Source: Eledone cirrhosa
Lineage: Eukaryota
Direction: 5' to 3'
Assembly: GCA_964016885.1 (NCBI GenBank)
Contig: OZ024745.1
Span: forward strand, 73,718,001-73,782,000
Length of the DNA: 64,000 nt
Shown: positions 49,657-62,935 of the stretch, piece after piece
How positions within the stretch are numbered: position 1 is the stretch's first letter
Layout of the letters: the number at the start of each line of letters is the position of its first letter
The notes under the pieces: model-generated
Told to the model about the DNA's origin: nothing
Seen by the model: only the letters and a program-made list of their open reading frames with translations
Databases searched by the model: none
Made by a program: the position numbers and the translations under genes

Positions 49657-52600
49657 CGATAGTCGCATATTTGGCGTGGGAGACTATTCAATTTAAGATG
49701 AATACTATCTCCGACAGTAATGCCACAACTACAGTCATGTTGAATAACTGGTTATTCTTCTAACTATATCTTCTGAAGACACCTTTTATTCGAATTCGTA
49801 GAGATATCTGACTAAATACATAATTCATTTTACAAGGATTTGCTACAAACAGCATGGCTGAACACAACATGAACAACAACATTAAGGAAGTATCGAAGAC
49901 AAACAACGAGAAAGGTAAACAAAATTTATTCAGTTGTAGCTACAGAAGAAACCGAAATTATAAATCGCATTTCTCTTGGAGTTGCGAACTTAATCATCAT
50001 TTATTTAATTGTTATAAAATGGCAAAAAACAATCCCTCCATTGGCTATATGAACAGAATGAAGCTATACTGGTACGAAATGCACCCAGAGCATAATTATT
50101 TCTCAGCGAAACAATTACGCCAACAAGTAACGTTTGTTGAACGTAAAAATAAGATAAATATTATTAATTGTAAGTCCCCCACAACAAACATGGGATCAAC
50201 AACACGTACTACAGATCGCCATGCTACTAGACTTCCTAGCAGCCAGGTCGAACAGTGCCTTGAAACAACTATGCCTGTAAGAAACTTGACACCACGTGTA
50301 CCATCTCAGTCTACCTCGAATGCTGGGGAAAACACTATCGATAATAATAATAATAATAATAATAATCGAAGAAATAATAATAATTGAAGAAATTTGGCAC
50401 CACGTGTACCACCCGAGTCTACCTCGACTGTTGTGGATAATACTATCGATAATGATAATAATCAAAAGTATAAACAATTGAAAATTTCCCTCAACGAAAT
50501 CTTCCAGAGAGAAATTAATTCATGCATAAATAACTCTCTTGCTGAACAAAACGACAAACAAATAATGAAATATTACGAAATAAGGAATGAATATTTACGA
50601 CGGATAAAAACCCCAACATTTTGGCAAATCAACGCCTGTTTATATGCCTTAGCAACGACAGTGAAGCATTATCTTGGTGATAGCAGGGATATTGACAAGA
50701 ACAAAGCACCACCAAAAATACCATCATATATAACTAAAATAAAAAAAAGGTTGCTGACCTACGAAAAACCATAGGATATGTGACAATGCTTCTTACATGC
50801 AAATGAACACAAAAAACCTCACTCCTCACCAACAAAGAGTGAAAAATAAAATAGAGACGATGTTTGGTAACAGTAGAACCAGAACTCTTCAATATAAGCT
50901 GATCACCCTCAAACAAGAATTGAGAGCTCTTAGCGAAAAACGCCGATACGTGAAGAAGGTAGATGAAAGAAAAGTGCTTAATAAAAGATTCAGACGAAAC
51001 CAAACATCAGTCTTTAGAGATATGAAGGGCAAAATAATAAGTGTCACTGAAGCCCCATCCCAGAAAGACACATATTCCTTTTGGAGAAAAATATGGCGTG
51101 AAAAGAAGAATTTCAACCAAGATGCAGTGTGGCTAAAAGAAATCCCCACAAACTATTGCTCCTACACTACAACAAAAACATATGAAATAAGTGAGGGTAC
51201 CCTTGAGACTGTCATAGGAAAACTCCAAGATAAGAAAACACCAGGAAGAGACATGATTGTCGGCTACTGGTACTATCGGAGGTATCTTACCGACCTCTAC
51301 CAACAAGTTCTTAAGGGAGATACACTTATACTAGAATGGTTGACATTAGCACAACCATTATTGGTCCCCAAGAACAAAGACACCAACTTGGCAAAAAACT
51401 ACCGACCCCTTGCATGCCAGAACCTGATGTATAAGATGTATACAGCCTGCCTGAACCTATTCCTCCAAGATCACTGTGAAAATAATAACATCATCACAGA
51501 TGAACAAGCAGCTGGAAAGAAAGGGCTTTGGGGATGTGCTGAACAACTCCTAATCAACAAAACTGCGATGTCGGAGGTGCGACAACTTAGGAGGAATATG
51601 ACTACAGTCTGGCTGGACTACAAGAAAGCTTTCGATTCTGTTCCCTACTCTTGGATGATAGAGGCCCTCCGACTTGCTAAAGTCCCAGACATTATTATCA
51701 GAGCTATAGAGAAGCTGTCTTCTTCTTGGGCTACTATCCTAAGGTTAAAGACAGAGAGGGATGACTGTATTTTCACTGATAAAATAAAATATCGCAGGGG
51801 TATATTTCAGGGAGACAGTCTCTCTCTGTGATATTATTCATCCTGTCATTAAACCCTTGTCCTTTCTGCTCAAGAAATGTGAAGGATACATCATTGGCTC
51901 ACAGGAGGACAGAAATACGAACCTAACCCATAATTTCTTTGTGGATGATCCGAAACTCTATGCCAAGAACATGGATGGGATGAAGAAAAATCTTGACCTT
52001 GTTACAACGTTCTCAAAGGATATATGAATGGAGTTTAGCCAAGATAAATGCTCATACATAACTGTAAAGCGGGTAAAAACAACAACCCAATCTAGCAACA
52101 TTGTCATCAATGGCCTAACTGTTTCACCGATATCTGATGAGGACTGCTACATATACCTGGGGATAGATGAGAACATATCCTATAATGGTATCTGTAATAA
52201 GGAACGCGTGACCAGGGAATACTAGACCCGATTAAGAAAGATTTAGTCACCGTAACTCTCTGCGCAAAACAAAACAGTGGCTCACAATGTGTTTGTTGTG
52301 CCTGTCCTAACACCAACGTTTGGAATACTCAATTGGACGATAGACGAAATCCGAGCAGTTGATGTTAGAACTCGAAAAATACTAAACAACACTGGAAACC
52401 TCCACATCAACAGTGACATAGACCGCCTTTACTTGAAAGGTAAGCAGGGAGGCAGAGGCCTAACATCAGTCCAGACAGCATTTGATTGTCGCTTCATATC
52501 CCTCCGACAACATTTACGAACCTCGAAGCGTAGGAGCCCGTCTCTCGAGCAAGTTTATCTGCATGAAACAGATAAGATCATGAGAGTTGAGAAGGAACTC

Positions 52601-53637
52601 CTCGAGTGTTATTCCCTGTGTGATAATCAAAAACTCACACCCAGGGAAGTCGCTCAGCAGTATCGCAGTGAATCCATGGATGAAAAACTGCATGCTTATC
52701 AGCAAAATATCATACATGGATATGTTGCCAGGAAGCTCCAGAGTGAGAGTAATATAGATAAAGAAAGTAGTCTATCTTGGACCAACAACCGCTATATTGG
52801 CTCCCACTTTGAAGGATACGCTTTTGCAATCCAAGAACAGGAAATTAAACGAAATACCTATTCACAAAAGAGATAGGGATGCAGGCAAAACACCTAGATG
52901 TGATAACAAGTGCAGACTCTGCAGAATTAACATCGAAGATGTCACCCATGTCATCAGCAGCTGTCCAAAGATGTCATCGCGGTACTATCTACCTATGAGG
53001 CATGATGTAGTGGCCAAAACACTGTACAATGCAATCTGTAGAAAAGATAGTCCCGATAATAAACACATTAAAAGCTACAGCAATGTGGAAGACATCCATG
53101 TACATAATATGAAAGAGTACTGGTGGAATGTTCCAGTAAAATCCCCAATATAATATCAAAGATTAGCGAAAAGGAGAATATTTATGCAGAACTGATGAGA
53201 AATCTGCAGATACTCCACCCTGATTACACCTCCAGATTTATGCCTGTGATTATTGGGGCACTGGGGTATGTTAGTAACTGCCTCAATACAAATCTTGAGA
53301 AGCTAGGCTTCACAGGAACAGAAAGAACACAACTAGTTAGGAAATTACAAATACAACCCATTAATGGAACAGTAAAAATATGTAAAACATTCCAAAAATG
53401 TTACATCTAATAACTGCATATACACATGTACAGATACAAAGCATATACACATGCACACATACAACTCAAAACATCCACATCCACACATACAATAACATCC
53501 ATATCTACACCTGCCTGCATACATACATATCTACCTAGTTGATGTGTAAATTCCAATGAGAGAGTCTTGTGTCTATGTTAGAAACCAACTCTCTCTCTAT
53601 TGGGAAAAAATTTGTGAAATTATAAAACCAGAAGAAC
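49657..53637 (+). mobile_element. R4/Dong-clade RLE non-LTR retrotransposon, near full length, decayed
   Basis: Single long broken ORF 49854-53410: GYMNRMK..W, NYRPLACQN, WLDYKKAFDSVP, RGIFQGDSLS, FVDD, CRLC....EDVTHVISSC, RHD, MPVIIGALG. Flanked by (CATA)n on the left and catacat on the right. Confidence 0.9.
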
Positions 53638-53659
53638 ATACATTATTTTAGCAACCTTG

Positions 53660-53780
53660 TAAAGACGAAAGGCAAAGTTCACCTAGACGGCGTTTGAACT
53701 TAGAACGTAAAGAGCCAAAACTAAGTGCTGCAAAACATTTATCCAGCTTTCTAAAGGTTCTGCCATTCTACCGCCCTAAT
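53660..53780 (-). mobile_element. SINE fragment
   Basis: gaaaggcaaagttcacctagacggcgtttgaacttagaacgtaaagagcc. Confidence 0.7.
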
Positions 53781-54642
53781 ATAATCTAATAACGAAATAT
53801 ACGGGACTGAATCATTGTTCAACTAGTGATTTCATGTGTTTTATACTTGTGATTTTATTTCTTTACTATTTCTACATGTGTGGATATCGTTGTATTATTG
53901 TCAGCATTGCTTTGTATTGCTAAGCAATCGCTCATTGGAATAACTTCGACTATTTTTCTCTTCTCTTTATTTGAACCTTTTTTGTATACTTTTTGTTGTG
54001 TTTGTGTGGGACGGATGGAATTCTGGCTTTGGGAAATTTATAGTAACTATTGTACTAATAATTTATAGTAATTATTGTACCATTGACAATTGGTTTTTCA
54101 GTTTGCTTTAATGCCGTAAGTAAACGCATAAAGCTTTCAAGCATAGGATTCATGTAATTTTTCAACAATGTAGGACTTTAGAAACTGCTCTTAAGCGATG
54201 ATAATAAATAAAATACTTTTAACGTTTGTTCGTAGGCTTTCGGGTTATTGTTTAGCTCTAGTTACTCTGTTAGTGTTATTGTTGATGTGTTATGAAGTGA
54301 TTAATTACCAAGCTATTATCTCTGGTATATTTTATGTAAATTATTTGTATGAATATACAAAAAGTATATATTTTTAATTACCATTTCTAGTTAGCTGACC
54401 AAATCCAGTCCGAGTGACAAAAATATTGTAGACAAAAACCTCTCTAAAGAAATGTTAGGTACCACCCCCACCCCCCCCCCCACACACACACACCAAAAGT
54501 CTGATGAGCTATCAATTCATCAATTCCAGATTTGAGTGCGATCAATACCAATCGTACATTGAACTGATCTATCACGAAACGTGAGTTACATGTTAATAAA
54601 CATAATGATACTATATGGTTACTTTGTTCTTGATCCTTATTA

Positions 54643-55615
54643 TACGAGAGGTTTGTCCCAAAATAAGGGTACTGATGTTTTACTTAAATGTGGATTAGAT
54701 GTACATAAAATTACAAGTAATCTCCTTCAAAATACGACCAGTGGCCCCAATATTTTAGTACTGGAAATAATTTTCTGTGAATGTTCTTAGCTCATTGGTT
54801 ATAATTGTTTTGTATGTTTTCCACAGTTAGAAAATGATGACCCTCCACATTTGATTTCAACTTAAGGAAAAGGTCCTACGCTGGTAGGGAGGATGTGGAA
54901 GAGAGAATGTTTTTCTTCGTCAGAAATTCACGTTATCGTGGTACAGTACCCAACCTCATGCAATGTCCTTTCGGCTCGCTGGATCTATTTTCGAAGTCAT
55001 TCCAAGATATATTTATAGAAGGAGTGATCAACTGTCTGTCCTGTAGGTAAAAAGTTCTTTGTGAACGACTGTCGAAAAAAATGATAATCATCGTTTTCAC
55101 CCTGGATCTGTTCCTTCATGCTTTCTTCGGACGAAGAAAATTTGTTGTATGCCACTCCCGGCTTTGCCGTTTTGTCTCTGGATTGTACTTGGTGGCCCAT
55201 GATTCATCTGTTATTATTTATCTAAGAAATTTGACTTAATGTTGAGTCTTTCTATCAAATCTCGACAAATTTCTAATCAGTTCGCTTTTTACTCCACAGT
55301 CAAGTGTTTAGGCACTAGTTTTGCACAAACACTTTGCATGTGCAGATGGTCTGTTAGAATTCTACGAACTGTATTTTTATTCAAGCCTGTTTCTTTTGCA
55401 ATCATTCTAACACTTTATTGGCGATTTTTTGCCATCACCGTTCACAACACTTCCATGTTGTGTTCACTTGTTGACGAGACTGAGATTCCAGAACGAGGTT
55501 CGTTTTCAACATTTTCTCGACACTCTTTGAAATCTTTGTGAAGCTTAGAAACTTTACCTCTCGATAAAGTGACATTTTAATAAGTTCGTGTTAAAGAATT
55601 AAATGTTTTAGTGGC
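54643..55615 (-). mobile_element. Degenerate mariner DNA transposon
   Basis: TA-cgagaggtttgtcccaaaa TIR-like end. Minus-strand DESW and FLPTGQTVDHSFY transposase pieces. Confidence 0.7.
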
Positions 55616-55685
55616 AGATTCAGATGTCCCGCTTAGGGTGAAAGCAGAAATTGTTTGCGAAAACCTTTAATCTGCACTGATAACA

Positions 55686-55757
<72 letters not shown>

Positions 55758-56141
55758 ATGCATTGGTCAACCCTTGGCTATATAGTAAAAGACACATCCC
55801 CATAATGCATGCCTTGCAATGAGACATCACCCTAACTCATAAATCACACATCCATATCTACAGTTTTAAATTATATGATCACCATGAAAACATTAACAGA
55901 TGTCATTAGATCTTTTATTTTCTTTAAAATTTATTTTTATATTTCGTTATGAAAAATGTCTGTGCCTACATTGCTGCTACTGTTGTTAAGAGTATAGGTC
56001 GAATTGTTTAGTTTTATGTTTTTAACCATTAGAATAGCAATACTTTCTAATATAAATATTTAGTTTGTAAAACGGGATGGAAATTTAAGCTGTTGTAAAA
56101 CATCCTCTAATTATCGTTGTATACAGAGAAACAAAGTGGTC

Positions 56142-56184
56142 ATCTTTACATGTTTTATAGCTGATCAGCTGTTCATCAGAAAAT
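56142..56184 (-). ncRNA. Hammerhead motif with a G12A change (probably inactive)
   Basis: atttt-CTGATGA-acagctgatcagctat-AAAA-catg-TA-aagat. Confidence 0.6.
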
Positions 56185-57009
56185 AATTACCCTTAACCCT
56201 CTTCTCATAAGAGAAAACAAATCAGAACATAGCTGAAATGTCTAGTGTAATTTACATAACTTGCATTCAGCGTTGATATAATTAATTGAATAATAAATAG
56301 CTATGCACAACAAACTGTACATTTAGAAAATCTACGATAAATTCAAGATAAACAGCATAAATTGGTAGCGTTTAAATATTGCGCTTACGTGATCCAAACA
56401 TTCTGTAGCAATTCATTATTATTTTTCAGTTTTAACGATGCTTTCCACACCTGAGATATTTTTATTGTAAAAAAAATTCAAGTGTCTTTTGTGGTTATGA
56501 AAACGGAAAAGGAAGGGAAAAGCAAGGACTCTATGGTGACAGAAGAATGGGAGGGGAAGGGGGAGAGTGATGGGCTCTGGGCCTAGAGAGTGGTGGTATT
56601 GGGGCTGCGCCTCAAGATCAAGTCTGCAAAAGCATTCCCAAGGACAATGGCCAGCAACAACCGTTGCAACAGCCACCCTACCTCGCGGGGCTTCTTCCTC
56701 AGACAGGCTGCTGACGTTCCGATCTTGCGGAGGAGCTCGTCTTTTATTTATTGATAATATCCATATTGCTTTTCCAGCTTATACGTATTTCTGCTGCAGA
56801 TGCTGCTGTCATTGTCAATGTTTAGGAAAATTAATATCAAATTAAAATAAAATTAATGTAGGCTATTTGTGGATCCTTTATATTGAATTGAAAAGAAACA
56901 GATACCGAAATAGTCTTCAACGAAATATACTAAAATATTCAACTAAAGAGTTTTGCTTTAGATTTAGAGACATTGTGGTAGATTTAGAGACATTGAAAAT
57001 ACACATAAT

Positions 57010-57300
57010 TCTTCTTCTTCTTCTTCTTCTTCTTCTTCTTCTTCTTCTTCTTCTTCTTCTTCTTGAGAGGGTCGTGGGGGCGGAGTCCTCAAACACTCCT
57101 GGTAGGTCCTGTCAGAAGCAACCGTTCCCAGCTGATCCGGCTAGATCCCCAAGCGAGACCAGCCGAACTCATCGATGTTATTCAACCATCTTGCTCGGGG
57201 TCTACCCTTTGGTCTCCTGCCCGTTGGTTTTTGTCCATAAAATTTGTGCAGCTATTCTTTCTTTAGACATTCTAGCCACATGCTTATAGTATCGGAACTG
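57010..57300 (-). mobile_element. RTE LINE 3' end with (AAG)n tail
   Basis: Reverse complement of the 33790 family, ending in the (CTT)n run at 57010-57064. Confidence 0.8.
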
Positions 57301-57345
57301 CGATATCTCATTTCGGAAAAGTAGCGGCTTTACCTGGAATGATGT

Positions 57346-57376
<31 letters not shown>

Positions 57377-57717
57377 GGCGTTGGTTAACCCAATATTTCC
57401 AATTTACAGCGTCAAATTGAGATTTGACCAATGTAGCATCTGTTGTTTTGTGAACTCACTTTCGGTGAATGCCGTGTTGGCACATTCTTATATTTGTTTT
57501 CTTGTATTTGTTTTTTTTCTCTGACATCGCTTCGGTGTGTGTGTACCCACCCACATTAACTGTGAGCCATAATTCTATAGGTTTGATACTGTGTTGATGT
57601 GTGTATTTTTTTCTTTGACCAATTATTTATTCAAAATAATCCAACTTATTTTACTAACTGGCTTCAAAGAAATAAACCGTACGCAGTCCCGCAGACCTTC
57701 CTTTATTATAGTTTAGA

Positions 57718-57991
<274 letters not shown>

Positions 57992-57994
57992 ATA

Positions 57995-58396
57995 TATCAA
58001 AATGAAAATCCGAAGGCAAGGTAAAATTCCATTCATTTAATCACGACACATATTTCAATAAGAGATAGATCGATTGTGAAGCCATGATCGATTGTCACTG
58101 TGTTCATTAGGTGAAAATGAATTGTCTTCAAATTCTTGATATGAGGGAGAAAAATAACGATGTTCTCTCACAGAATTCATTCCCTCATATGACGGAATGA
58201 TGAGATCAATGATATCGATCAGAGAGAACATCGTTATTTTTCTCCCTCATATCAAGAATTTGAAGACAATTCATTTTCACCTGATGAACACAGTGATAAT
58301 CGATCATGGCTTCACAATCGATCTATCTCTTATTGAAACATGTGTCGTGATTAAATGATTGGAATTTTACCTTGCCTTCGGATTTTCATTTTGATA
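57995..58396. repeat. Inverted repeat (175-bp arms, 52-bp spacer) next to (TA)n
   Basis: 57995-58169 is the reverse complement of 58222-58396 with a few mismatches. Confidence 0.95.
58277..58350 (+). ncRNA. Type I hammerhead ribozyme (right arm); the mirror copy at 58041-58114 has CTAATGA
   Basis: tcac-CTGATGA-long imperfect stem II (gataatcgat/atcgatctatc)-GAAA-catgtg-TC-gtga, with a GUC triplet. Confidence 0.72.
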
Positions 58397-58516
58397 CTTA
58401 TACTCCGTTTTACATCATCTAGCTGTTCCCTTGAATGGAATTGGAGATATACAAAAGCGTGGAGACGTTAATATTGCTTACATAAATTTATTGGACCATT
58501 TAACACATCCAATCCT

Positions 58517-58554
<38 letters not shown>

Positions 58555-59311
58555 GAAGTGCTAACACAACAGTTAGTTCACCATAGCGGACCCTCAGCTC
58601 GTAATGTTCCATTACGAGCTGTGGATCTGCTAAGGGGAAACAATTGTTCTCGGTATGATGAACTAACTGTTGTGTAACCACTTCTACCTAACTCGTCCCA
58701 TGGACTAAGTGCTCTACCACTACGGATATTACCTTCCAGTGTTCTACCTCTATATATATGATTATGTATATATTTATTTAAAAGAGTACAACGTATGTAT
58801 GTACGTATGTATGTGTGTATGTATGTGTGTGTGTGTCTATATATGTATATATGTATGTGTGTATGTATGTATTCATGTTTGTATGTATATATGTATGTAT
58901 ATGTGCATGCATGCATATAAGTATGCATATAAGTATGTATATGTATGTGAATTGTGTGTGCTTTATGTATTATGTGTGGGTATGTGTGTTTGTGTGTATG
59001 ATGTAGACAATAGAACATCTAAGAATATTACCTGCAATAGAATGACATCCTATTGAAAACGAAAATGATAAACAGCTGCTGAATCCGCAGGTATTCCTTG
59101 GTTTACCTTTACTGTAACAATAATATCGATTTCTTAGACTGTGACAAGAATAACAATAATAACCATCTTTAACAACTCGGCGATGGGAGATGTATATCTT
59201 AAATAGACACTGAAGCACCATTAACAAAATGAGGATCATTCAATGGATGTGTCTTCTTAATAATTCAGCCAACTATGACTTTATAACTTAGTTACATTAT
59301 CTACCGAGTTG

Positions 59312-59488
59312 TTCAACTTCATGGCATAGAGTTATGCTTCAAGTTATGGCTCTTTACGTTCTGACTTCAAATCCTGCCGAGGTTAGTTTTGCCTTTTATA
59401 CATACGTAGGCGATAATATAAATCACCAGTAATTTAATCGATTTTCTCCTCTCACCAAATTGCTGGTCTTGCGCTTATATCAGAAACC
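59312..59488 (+). mobile_element. SINE with target-site duplication
   Basis: The core is present and cattatctaccgagtt is duplicated on both sides. Confidence 0.75.
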
Positions 59489-61489
59489 ATTATCTACCGA
59501 GTTATTGCTGTTTTACTTACGAACACAGCTTAAACTCGCCGACTTTGGAGCTACAGATACTTATACAAATGATATATACTGGTGAGTAAAGGGATTCCAA
59601 CTTATTACAGAAAGCTAACGTTTATTATCTTGATATGAAGTTCATATTTTTTCAAACAGATAACGTACACAATAATTTTTATAAGAAGAGAAAGCTGGAT
59701 TAGAAAATAATCCAAAAGTGAAGAAAGTTATACATTTTTTTCCAGAAGAGATAAAAGTGTTGAGGAAAATGTATCTAAAAGGTGTAGGTAGCCTGTGATG
59801 TTTGTAATAAAGGAAACATTTTCCTAAAGAATTTAGAAAGCTCCGTATTTCATCTAAGGGTGAACAAGTTAAAGTATATTTCGGATATGTATAAGGAAGA
59901 TGCAACAATAGTAATATGAATTCGAAATTAATTTGTCCCATGATAAATGGACTTCAAGAAATAAAGTCTTATATCTTTCCTGTAAATTTCTCCTGCAACT
60001 TAGCAACGATTAAACTACCAGCATTAAATCTATCTCTCACCTACAACTACCTAGTACAGTCTTCTCAATGCGTTTAATGTTGCCAGAAATGGTACAAAAC
60101 AACGTAAAACATTCTTTCATCCTCAACTTCGCCCTATATAATTTACGTGTTGTGCTCAAAACCACAACTAACGAAAATTCATGTAGGAGATAGATGTTGC
60201 AATACCAATAACAACAAATACAATTTTTTCACATAAAATATAGAAGATTTGTTAGTTTACTCACACCAATGATTATTAAATTTTAAAGTTACTTTTCATT
60301 TCTTTTAATGATGAGTTGTGGAAGTTTGTTTTTATTTTGTTAAGAATTAATGGTAAATCTGACTTTATCACACCATTCCCATACACTGCTCTAGAAAAAT
60401 GATCAGAAGCAAAGGTATAGTATCATATACTATAAACAATGAACTGCATAGTTTATAAAGATTGGTCTTACTATTTGTGATATCACGAAGGTTATTCAAG
60501 ATTCGAAGAAATATTACCATTCTTGAACCGTAAACGCACGAGATCGACACACCCCATATTTACATAAATACACACATACATAGACACATATTGTTACCCA
60601 TGTTTTTTCTTATTTGTGGTTGTAAGGATTCCATTTGAGTATTACAAACAAGATAATTGGAAAAACAATCAACCCGTCATTGCCATGTTTTTTTTCACGC
60701 ATTGCTGCTAATTAAGCAAACCAATAGGACTTTGCTTTTGGTGAGGAAGCCATTTCCTCTTAATAAAATACAGTAAAAGTTACAGAATACAAATTCCTGA
60801 TACTATAACTAAGATGCCGAGATCGTCTCTCTTCGGCTACAAGAATAAATCAGCTGGCGTAGTGTACAATATCACAGGTATGTTTTTCTTTTGTAACCAA
60901 GAAGGGTTTTATTCAACTCACTAACTTTATTCCTTTTTTCATTGTCAATCTATTGGATAGATAGATCTGTGTATTAATGGAGAGAAAGTGTGTGTGAGGA
61001 AGAGAGAGAGAGAGAGAGAGATGAACTGAAAAATAGAAAGCTTAACTTGACCAACTATTATTCCAGTGCATAATATCGATTTCTTACATAATTCAATACC
61101 AACTATATATTGTAGCAGTAAACAAACGACTGTGATATATATGTTGTCCTGAAGACTATTATTGGCATAAATGGAGTGGAATGGCACCAAATTAGCTAGC
61201 CTAAATGCACGGCTCTCAATGCATATAATATATGTATAAAGCTGATGTGCAGTCCTTATAATGGTGATTGTTCTTTTCCTATCATCATCATCATTATATA
61301 CACCATCCTTCTTGGTAGGCTACGCAGCGTATAAAAATATAATTATATTAGGTTCAGAAAATTCTGTGCATTTTTATTGTCAACAAAAAGTAATGTTTCA
61401 TCTTTTTTTGTGTTTTATATTATAAATCGAAATTTATTATTGGCTACTGAAAGAATATTCTTATTCTTATATTATTTTACTGGTTTTCA

Positions 61490-61890
<401 letters not shown>

Positions 61891-62334
61891 TTATTATTCT
61901 TATTAAAATGTACAATTTCTGGGAGATAATACAAATATAAGGAATAGTGTGAACTTTGACTTTTCTGTCAGTGAAACAAGACAATACGTTTAACCTATCC
62001 GCGTCTTTGTAGGCAATGTGGATCGACTAATGTTGAAAAGGTGTTCTTTCTAAAAGGTTCTGTCTACATCTCCCCTTCTCTTGTATAATTTTATCGAAAA
62101 AAAAAAAATTAAACTGCTTTTAAAGGATGTTGAAAAGAGGAACAAATTACAATAATTATCTTTAGAATTGCCGATAGTTACCGAGAATCTTCCTCGTGTC
62201 CTCAGTGTACAGAATTTTGTTTCATCTTTTAAAAAAGAATCTTTTTGACGACGATGCGTGAGAGATTGATCAACATTTTGATATTTTGGTTAAAGGTCAA
62301 CTATTTATTTAATATAGAATCATTTTTTCAGGGT

Positions 62335-62935
62335 TAAATGTCATATATTTATCGAATATAACACGAAAACGTTTCGCTGCTCTATGTACTGGCTTTCGAA
62401 AATAATACCGTCAGATTTTTGTTTGTTTGTCGTTTTATTATTGAAGTATTATTTAAAAAATCATAACATTTATATGCAGATAATAATTGTATATTGAGTG
62501 AAATTTGAATTTGTTTTTACATACCTAACCGTATAATACTTTATAGATGAGGGGTTGTCTCAAAAGTGATGAGAATTGTGACTTTTCCAAGGTCATTTAT
62601 TACGCAGATGCAGGGTTTTTTTATTATTGCCATTTAACCGCCATTTTTTCTGAATTAACTGTCATATATTTATCTAGTATAACGCAAAAACACTTCGCTC
62701 CTCTACACACTGGCTTTTGAATACCATCATTTTTTTTTTCTGTTGAAGGAAAGTATTACTTCAAAATTTATAAGATAATAATTATATATCTACTGAAATT
62801 TGAATTTTGTTCAAAATTTACAATTTGTTTTTGCGTACCTAACTGTATGATACTTTATAGATGAAGGGTTGTTTGAAAAGTGAGAAAGTATAACCTTTCT
62901 AATGTCATTTGCTATGCAGATGCAGGCGTTGCCAT
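62335..62935. repeat. Diverged ~320-bp tandem duplication
   Basis: tcatatatttatc...ttcgct..tcta...actggcttt...tgaaatttgaattt...tactttatagatga.gggttgt..aaaagtga appears at 62341 and 62662. Confidence 0.75.

Noticed and set aside
54495-54590. CTGATGA motif as a hammerhead (also weak candidates at 60-120, 20650-20700 and 62365-62400)
   Set aside because: No correctly placed GAAA and stems, or too many core mismatches.
56675-56830. Possible host exon on the minus strand ending GAG|GTAGGG
   Set aside because: Stops in the plausible frames, no clear acceptor, and no recognisable protein similarity.
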